A stretch of 64,000 nt of DNA from a virus, in IMG/VR virus record IMGVR_UViG_3300025101_002824, positions 50,085 through 114,084 of that record, one strand, 5' to 3'. Made by a program: the position numbers and the translations under genes. The notes under the pieces are model-generated. The model made no database searches. It saw nothing but the letters and a program-made list of their open reading frames with translations, and had not been told where the DNA came from. Positions 58,601-64,000 of the stretch are shown one piece after another; the stretch's first letter is position 1, and the number at the start of each line of letters is the position of its first letter.

Positions 58601-61241
58601 AATAGCATACAATAAAAAATTAATGGCAGATCGTGATGCTTATTTTGCATTTAGAAGAGCAGAAAGCAGAACAGATGATGGTTATGATGACGGAGCTAAT
58701 TTTAAATATACTGATGAGTTTAAAAGAGCTAGAAATAGATTTGAAATATTTGTAAGAAATCAAAATGGTGGTGGTTTTTGGACTAAAAGATCTACTGTAA
58801 GTACTAAAGCTTATTTAAGATATTTAGCTAAATACTATGATACATTTGGTGAAGAAGCAAGAATAGCAAAACCAGTAGAAGATATAAATGGAAACTTTAC
58901 TGGTCAAGTTTATTATGTAAAAAACGCATCTTATGTTAAATCAGAGTATAAAGAAATAAACTATGCTAATCCTAACTGGATTAATGATAAATGGTCAAAG
59001 TTACAAAATCCTACTACTGAGTTAGAAAGGGCTCAAAGTGAGTATTATAATATGTATATTGATGTTTATGAGAATGAGTTAAATGATTTATTACCTGAAA
59101 ATATTAGTATGATTGGTAGGGTCCCTGTTATAAATGGTAGACCAATTAAAAAATTAAAAGATAAACCACAATCTGTAGGTAATATATTTTCTAGAATGAA
59201 AACTAAAGTGCAAAACTATTTTGCTCCTACAACAGTATTCAAAAGAGCTGTAAGAGATGAGCATGGTAATATAATTACAGACTCATTACCTATTATGTAT
59301 ACTGGTAGTATTGTTCAAGAAAAGGACATTACAGCAGCATATCAAGAACTTGATGCTAAACTTGAAGAATATAATAAAGCTGCTACAGCTGAAGAGCAGA
59401 AAAAATTAAAAAAAGAACTAAGTGTTATTAGAGGTAAAATAAAAGCTCTTGAAGGAAAGCCATCTGCTGCTAATTTAAATCTTGATATGACAGAAGCATT
59501 GTTAAAGTTTGCTGCAATGGCTGAAAATTATCAAGTTATGAGTCAAGCTGAAGATACTTTTCATGCTATGATTAAAGTTATTGAAAATAGACAATATACA
59601 AACTCTAAAGGAGATGTAATTGTACAAGATGATGAAGGTAAAGAAGTAGGTAAAAGAGGTAAGGTTAGAGGTAATTTAGAATCTAATATGACCAAGCGTG
59701 CAAAAAAATGGATGAAGATGGTATTTTATGATAATGATAAAGATACTAAAACATTTTTTGAAAAAGCAGCTAAAGGTCTTATCTCAGCAACATCTCTTGC
59801 ATATGTAGGATTTAACGTTTTTGGTAACTTAAATAACTATGTATTTGGTAGAGTATCAAATGCAATTGAAACAGCTGGTGGTAGATTTTTCTCAACAAAA
59901 GCTATGATGAAAACTACAGGTAGATTTCAACGTGCTATGTTTGATAATTTAGCAGGTGCAACTAAAACTAGTGTAAGAAAATACAGAAGATATGAAGATG
60001 AACAACAAAAAGGTAAGTGGAATGCAACTGTAATGTATTTTAGAATGCTAGATAGTAAACAAGATATGCGTGAAAGTACATATCAAAGTGAAAATAGAAG
60101 TGTAAGATCAGCTGCTAAAGACATGTTTACTGAAGGCGGTGCAGATAATGTTATACGATTTGCAAGAACAGGTTGGGACAAGTTTCATGAGTTTGGTTAT
60201 ATCATACAGGATGCAGGTGAATATAATGTACAAACTAAAATAGGTAATGCAATCCTTGAGTCTACCACTATGAAGAACAGTAAGACTGGAGAAACAATGT
60301 CATTATGGGATGCTTTACTTTGGGATAACAAAGCTTTAACCATGAAAGTTAAGGATGGTTTTGATAAAGTTATCTTTTACAATCAAACTAAAGAAAGAGA
60401 TTGGAATAATGATGCCCGTTATGAACTAAGAAACTATATAAGAGAGGTAAATAAGCAAGTACATGGTAACTATGCTTATGAAGATAGAATGGTAATGCAA
60501 TCTACAGCAGTAGGACAATTAGCAGCACAGTTTCATAAGTGGGTTGCACCTGCAATTAAAGCTAGATTTAGATCAGAATACTTTGATGAAAACTTAGGAT
60601 GGATGGAAGGAAGATACTTAACGTTCTGGAACTTCTTATCATATGCTTTCCAAAACATACAAAACATATCTACATTAGCAAGTGACTATAAAGAGTTTAA
60701 TGGTGAAAAAGGACAAATGAAATTACAGAATGTCTACAGAACCATGGGAGAGATTGGTATTATAATGACTACAGTATTGTTAAAGATGTTCTTAGCTGGT
60801 ATGTTGAGTGATGACGATGATGAAGAAAGAGGTGGTAGTACAAGACGTGATGTTGATGATAGTGATTCAGTTATGAGAAAAAGGTTGCGTAATGTATTTT
60901 TATATCAGTTAGATAGAACACATAAAGATTTAGTAACGTTTATGCCTATACCTGGAACAGGAGGTTTAACTCAACTTTATCAGTTATTTAAGTCACCTAT
61001 AGCTTCTACAAGAACTTTAGGTGAGCTTGGAGAAGCATTAGAGTATACGGTAGGTACAGGTTTATCTTATGCGTTTATGGATGATGAAAAGTTTATGGAA
61101 TCAAAGTGGGTATACCAAAGACCTAAAGCTAGAAAAGGTGAGCTTAAGCTTGGTAAACAATGGGGTGATGCTTTACCTATTCTATATACTATTAATAGAT
61201 GGAAGTCTTATGATAATGTTACTGACTTCTTTATCAAATAG
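55695..61241 (+). CDS. Large cargo/ejection protein with degenerate zincin and nuclease-like domains and a C-terminal membrane segment
   Basis: 1848 aa after the vRNAP; EEMLH, KIDLLRVDPFGNMQIINL, VHGNY...AQFHKW...EGRY, hydrophobic GIIMTTVLLKMFLAGML. Confidence 0.65.
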   Translation: MATCYNRNTTEYKALLTEYKSSYTVDSIITDFQRMNKSESIPSLSEAKDMVDTQILFKTAKSNKLGTTLLRNLASKGFIQRIGNDYFIVKKTKSEVRDTHKLITNYLSFNGFKKDSIIFRGTNKPGMFRAVVNDNALKNVNNTYIQKDSINSLPVLQHLTKMFPQLKYVVLNASDAKELYDRIPYYRKKDVAWSNVNSFMYDGNAVLIKGRVNQSTAIEEMLHPFVDALYLDNRALFDNLLVEGLEVNPDLAKEISEVYDPEQGFESKDTALEFVTQIVTQQFNKELTNPKIGFLRAIREFLNWFADIAKSLYSFLTGKKLTVSALNSNMTLTDVAKMLNTQDLSFELNPTALQDVRYSLAPEQKTILDTIKNQAATSVQSQIVDQLFHQAYTTKTELDQLAASRVQEQDGKFINVDTGEVLPSILDSLLGVKNHPLQSVIFDQDTTSIFNGLSVGAPFDSEKIDPQFEEVYKMMLARMEGMRDDRSIFLPNVIVSDPVTGLTQKIDLLRVDPFGNMQIINLSNREQFSGKEYSTTNLDIGADSILVKNNIQSTITPRMFAGLQMALTKRILENLGFMVDEGTMTINLDKTKDGFLDGTTLHASSENKYIVDQIIPLDISEENKMVVDQIMDQMRNPEEIEDWDSDEYTEDILDFASEENRPLYDALLKALKNYREGLITKEQAIKNARSVVSMDKGRQGILRSISMSRSMIENSFLNPETIDKVYIDLVKESIDQIDEFIDYVGDPDNFGKKDYIQKVLAWQKFVESYRGLATIAETKGLSATQISYISKLQNKLNQIVGIVSPDGTVVERGQIDIAIENYVRQLVIDQSNRDFTNDELDTLLSTARDIGYVEYQTGDMATSRDTLLALMDKIFKRNRQIVLDKIESHAPRIKRAAMKLAKLTGSERIDYSFMIEFDEDGNPTGRYVKKTSSAFYAELNRLKQPLINEDGSWKEFIDVENLEDATDEQIAYNKKLMADRDAYFAFRRAESRTDDGYDDGANFKYTDEFKRARNRFEIFVRNQNGGGFWTKRSTVSTKAYLRYLAKYYDTFGEEARIAKPVEDINGNFTGQVYYVKNASYVKSEYKEINYANPNWINDKWSKLQNPTTELERAQSEYYNMYIDVYENELNDLLPENISMIGRVPVINGRPIKKLKDKPQSVGNIFSRMKTKVQNYFAPTTVFKRAVRDEHGNIITDSLPIMYTGSIVQEKDITAAYQELDAKLEEYNKAATAEEQKKLKKELSVIRGKIKALEGKPSAANLNLDMTEALLKFAAMAENYQVMSQAEDTFHAMIKVIENRQYTNSKGDVIVQDDEGKEVGKRGKVRGNLESNMTKRAKKWMKMVFYDNDKDTKTFFEKAAKGLISATSLAYVGFNVFGNLNNYVFGRVSNAIETAGGRFFSTKAMMKTTGRFQRAMFDNLAGATKTSVRKYRRYEDEQQKGKWNATVMYFRMLDSKQDMRESTYQSENRSVRSAAKDMFTEGGADNVIRFARTGWDKFHEFGYIIQDAGEYNVQTKIGNAILESTTMKNSKTGETMSLWDALLWDNKALTMKVKDGFDKVIFYNQTKERDWNNDARYELRNYIREVNKQVHGNYAYEDRMVMQSTAVGQLAAQFHKWVAPAIKARFRSEYFDENLGWMEGRYLTFWNFLSYAFQNIQNISTLASDYKEFNGEKGQMKLQNVYRTMGEIGIIMTTVLLKMFLAGMLSDDDDEERGGSTRRDVDDSDSVMRKRLRNVFLYQLDRTHKDLVTFMPIPGTGGLTQLYQLFKSPIASTRTLGELGEALEYTVGTGLSYAFMDDEKFMESKWVYQRPKARKGELKLGKQWGDALPILYTINRWKSYDNVTDFFIK

Positions 61242-61261
61242 GATACCCGTAATATAATTTT

Positions 61262-61432
61262 TCAATCCAACACATTTTTGTTTGTTTTTTCAGATTCAAC
61301 AAAGAATTCATTTATTTGTTCTCTAACTAATTCTTTTAGCTTTTCTTTTAACCATTCATGATCAGGATGACTTTTTGTTGCTAATAATTTGAAAGATATT
61401 TCTTCTGCTGTTTTATCTATTAATTTGTTCAT
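61262..61432 (-). CDS. 56-aa hypothetical protein (not in ORF track)
   Basis: MNKLIDKTAEEISFKLLATKSHPDHEWLKKKLKELVREQINEFFVESEKTNKNVLD*; A-rich leader; downstream of nrdJ on the same strand. Confidence 0.6.
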   Translation of the reverse strand: MNKLIDKTAEEISFKLLATKSHPDHEWLKEKLKELVREQINEFFVESEKTNKNVLD

Positions 61433-61487
61433 AGTTATTTAATGTTTAGTTAACATAAACTGAGGTTATAATCTATATATTATTTAT

Positions 61488-61562
61488 ATGAAACGTATAG
61501 ATATAACCCCAGTAATATATATTGTAATAATGGTAGTTGTCTTTGCTTTAGGTACTATGTAA
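61488..61562 (+). CDS. Possible 24-aa hydrophobic membrane peptide
   Basis: MKRIDITPVIYIVIMVVVFALGTM*; basic N-terminus plus one hydrophobic helix; overlaps the nrdJ 3' end by 8 nt. Confidence 0.35.
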   Translation: MKRIDITPVIYIVIMVVVFALGTM

Positions 61563-63414
61563 TCTCACATGCACCACCTGCACAAGCCAACTCACCTTTA
61601 AGATCAGTATTATCATCAAGCTCTACAACTTTTGTAAGATCAATAGAACTTAGAGATTTTACTAATTCATCATACTTAGCTTTAGTAATATCTTCAAATG
61701 GAGCTTGAGTATATGTACCACCATCATATGGTAATACAGATAAGCCATTATAATAATGTCTATTTTCCCACATCCAATCTCCAGCAACACCCCATTCTAA
61801 TTCTTTAAGTGATACTGTAGCAGATACATTATGTGTATTACTACCTTTTCTGTGTCCAGGTTTAACCCATTCAGTTGCAACTTTTTTTATTCTCTCTAAT
61901 AAATTAAATGGAGATTCAGTTCTAAGAGTTGCACCTTTTGGAGCTTCTTGAGGTATACTTATAATAGCAGTATCATGTGCACGGAATACACAATCTTCAA
62001 TAAGCTCAGGATGATTAACACTTAAGTAAGTATAGATAGCTTCATTTTTTCCTACACGTAATCTTCTTATGTAATAATCGTTGTGCCATGCATGTATACC
62101 AGAACTAGTTCCAAGAGTTAAAGATGTAGTTCCAGCAGGTTTAACTGTAGTACATCTTGCTGAAGGATTAATTCCTAACAATCCAGCAACAAACTTATTT
62201 TCTTTTTTTACTATTTTTGCTGCCTCAGTAAGATTTAGTGAAGAGACTTTACCACTTGCTATTCCTGTCATAGATACACCAATTAATGCATCTTTTTCTG
62301 TAGTTTCTTTCCATATCTGTCTAAGGTAGTGGAAGTTAGTATAACTAGCTTGAAGTGTTCCAATAAATGAAGCTGCTTTAACTCTTTCATTTAAATCTTC
62401 TTGAGACTCAACGTTTGACACATTTACTTCACACAAATTACAAAATTGGAATGGGCGTAATGCTATCTCACAACAAGGATTAGTTCCCCAATCTTTGTCA
62501 TTGTTAAAATAAATACCAGGCTCACCTGCACCAGATAACTCAACACGTCTCCAAAGATCCATGAAAAAGTCTTTAGTTATTTTATGTCTCATTAATACAG
62601 CAGAATTATTAGCTCTACCTCTTTGTGGATTTAATTCCCACCATGGGCCGGCTTTACAACCAATCATTTCATCATCATCAGCACTAAATAAACTAATAAG
62701 AGCAGCACGTCTAATACCACCAGCAAGTACAGCATCAGCAATATGACAAATCATATCATGTACTTCAATTGTAGATAATTTATTTCCATCTTCTTTTGCA
62801 CTTAAAAGACCTTCTAATTTTAATAAACATTCTTTAAGTGGTTGAGGTCCAGGAGCTTTACCACCTGATGTAACTAGTCTAGCACCTTTAGGTCTAATGT
62901 CTGAAAAATCAAATTCTATTTTAGATGTTTTAGCACCAAAATAAGATTTAACTAAAACTTTAACAGCATCAGCCCATCCTTCAATAGAATCACCAATTAA
63001 ATATCTTTTAGTTCTTTTTTCAAAAGGTTTATTTATAGAAGGAAGTTTATCTACATGATGTTTCTGTACTGAGTAGCCTACACCTGTACCACCTAAAAGT
63101 AAAAACATTGTTTCATTAAATGCATCTAAAGCATCTATTGGTAAATAAGCACAGTTATATACACGGTTAGGACTAACTTCAATTGGTTTACCACCAAACT
63201 GCATAGATCTCATAGAAGGTAAAATCTTCTTATCATATACAAGTTTATATACATCCTCTATCTCTTCAGTAAGACCAGGATATTTTTTAATATGCATGTT
63301 TTTGTTACGAGTGACTAGTTCTTCCCAAGTCTCTCTTCTGTTGTGTTCAGGTAAGTATTTTGCATACTTCATATGAACAGTAATTTCACTTAAAATTTTG
63401 TTACTTAAATTCAT
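61555..63414 (-). CDS. nrdJ: Class II (adenosylcobalamin-dependent) ribonucleotide reductase, monomeric type
   Basis: RETWEE, LPSMR, YNCAY, GTGVGYS, GGIRRAA, GTNPCCEI, FCNLCE, VKPAGT, C-terminal CAGGACEI; no adjacent small-subunit gene. Confidence 0.9.
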   Translation of the reverse strand: MNLSNKILSEITVHMKYAKYLPEHNRRETWEELVTRNKNMHIKKYPGLTEEIEDVYKLVYDKKILPSMRSMQFGGKPIEVSPNRVYNCAYLPIDALDAFNETMFLLLGGTGVGYSVQKHHVDKLPSINKPFEKRTKRYLIGDSIEGWADAVKVLVKSYFGAKTSKIEFDFSDIRPKGARLVTSGGKAPGPQPLKECLLKLEGLLSAKEDGNKLSTIEVHDMICHIADAVLAGGIRRAALISLFSADDDEMIGCKAGPWWELNPQRGRANNSAVLMRHKITKDFFMDLWRRVELSGAGEPGIYFNNDKDWGTNPCCEIALRPFQFCNLCEVNVSNVESQEDLNERVKAASFIGTLQASYTNFHYLRQIWKETTEKDALIGVSMTGIASGKVSSLNLTEAAKIVKKENKFVAGLLGINPSARCTTVKPAGTTSLTLGTSSGIHAWHNDYYIRRLRVGKNEAIYTYLSVNHPELIEDCVFRAHDTAIISIPQEAPKGATLRTESPFNLLERIKKVATEWVKPGHRKGSNTHNVSATVSLKELEWGVAGDWMWENRHYYNGLSVLPYDGGTYTQAPFEDITKAKYDELVKSLSSIDLTKVVELDDNTDLKGELACAGGACEIT

Positions 63415-63547
63415 TTTATTTTGTTTTTACTTAGGTTAATAATAGGTGGGATAATTAAGATAAGAAAATTACCCCAAGATTTAAAGGTGTTTGCAGAAAT
63501 TTTTCTAAAAAATTCAATCATCATTTAATTTTTATATTTTCTTTTTT

Positions 63548-63568
63548 TTCAGTATATTATATATGTAA
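63548..63568 (+). promoter_or_regulatory. Putative late promoter motif, copy 7
   Basis: ttcaGTATATTATATATGTAa; core identical to the copy at 2793. Confidence 0.7.
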
Positions 63569-63591
63569 CTGTAGAAATAGAGTGCAAAAAT

Positions 63592-63900
63592 ATGGAAACT
63601 AAACAAGATATAACAATAATGGGTCTAAGAATTGACAATATGGAAAAAAAATTAGATGAGATTGATAAAAAATTAGATACCTTAACTGTCAAATTATTAG
63701 ATCCAGATGATGGTTTTGTTACAAGAGTAAATAAAAATACTTCTTTTAGAGATAAGATGGGTGAGTTTTTACCATATTATGAAGAGACTATTACAGAAAT
63801 GGAGTCTTTAAAAAAATGGAAAGACAATGTTACTAAAGCATTGTGGGTTATTTTTACTGCAGTTATAGGATGTATAATTAAATTAATGTTCTTTTCATAA
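63592..63900 (+). CDS. Coiled-coil protein with C-terminal transmembrane helix (XhlA-like / possible lysis protein)
   Basis: 102 aa; heptad N-terminus and ALWVIFTAVIGCIIKLMFF. Confidence 0.55.
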   Translation: METKQDITIMGLRIDNMEKKLDEIDKKLDTLTVKLLDPDDGFVTRVNKNTSFRDKMGEFLPYYEETITEMESLKKWKDNVTKALWVIFTAVIGCIIKLMFFS

Positions 63901-64000
63901 TGGCAAGTACAGTAGGCAATAAAACTTTTTATCAAGAATTAACTTCTGTTACACCTAATGTTTGGACAGATTTATTACCACTTGATGCATCAGGAAATTT
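63900..64000 (+). CDS. Hypothetical protein, 3'-truncated
   Basis: taATG overlap with the previous stop; MASTVGNKTFYQELTSVTPNVWTDLLPLDASGN... open to the window end. Confidence 0.6.
   Translation, partial: MASTVGNKTFYQELTSVTPNVWTDLLPLDASGN

Noticed and set aside
2172-62746. Short antisense or alternate-frame ORFs in the track (e.g. 2172-2555, 2775-3239, 40916-41308, 46763-47170, 62081-62329)
   Set aside because: They overlap long genuine genes and have shadow-ORF composition (Ile/Phe/Ser/Leu-rich) with no motifs.
1-64000. Stop-codon reassignment (TAG or TGA), known in some crAss-like phages
   Set aside because: Very long ORFs are intact under the standard code, and TAG ends genes at natural boundaries (2720, 30377, 33407, 61241, nrdJ), followed by intergenic signals or new starts.
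1-64000. Introns, inteins or homing endonucleases in portal, MCP, vRNAP or nrdJ
   Set aside because: Genes are uninterrupted; no intein terminal motifs or LAGLIDADG/HNH/GIY-YIG signatures recognised.
1-64000. tRNA, rRNA, CRISPR array or DGR
   Set aside because: Intergenic gaps are short; no cloverleaf, spaced direct repeats, reverse transcriptase or template/variable repeat pair seen.

Overview
AT-rich 64 kb segment of a crAss-like (Crassvirales-type) tailed dsDNA phage genome, most likely infecting an aquatic Bacteroidota/Flavobacteriia host (SprB-like repeats, TAnnTTTG boxes, A-rich non-Shine-Dalgarno starts, class II RNR). Nearly everything is on the + strand in crAss-like order: portal (truncated at the window start), scaffold-like protein, major capsid protein, conserved structural/ring proteins, Cys-rich adhesin/fibre-like proteins, a metallophosphoesterase, an IHF/HU-like protein, two tail ring proteins, a 2806-aa muzzle/tail-stabilisation protein with large insertions (including a vWA domain), then a block of putative virion cargo/ejection proteins ending in a 5149-aa virion RNA polymerase (DFDIDK) and an 1848-aa membrane-associated cargo protein. 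A monomeric class II ribonucleotide reductase lies on the - strand near the end. Best novelty candidate: a modular cargo system in which a short recurring motif ([M/F/Y/A]-x-x-G-[G/K/T/S]) punctuates three cargo proteins and a 35-aa lysine-rich microprotein, and brackets discrete payloads (an R-S-E ADP-ribosyltransferase and an outer-membrane beta-barrel-like module); the vRNAP also carries a zincin and a NADAR-like domain. A phage-specific promoter-like motif (GTATATTAT...) recurs seven times upstream of late genes. All family assignments come from motif recognition and synteny by eye, not database searches.
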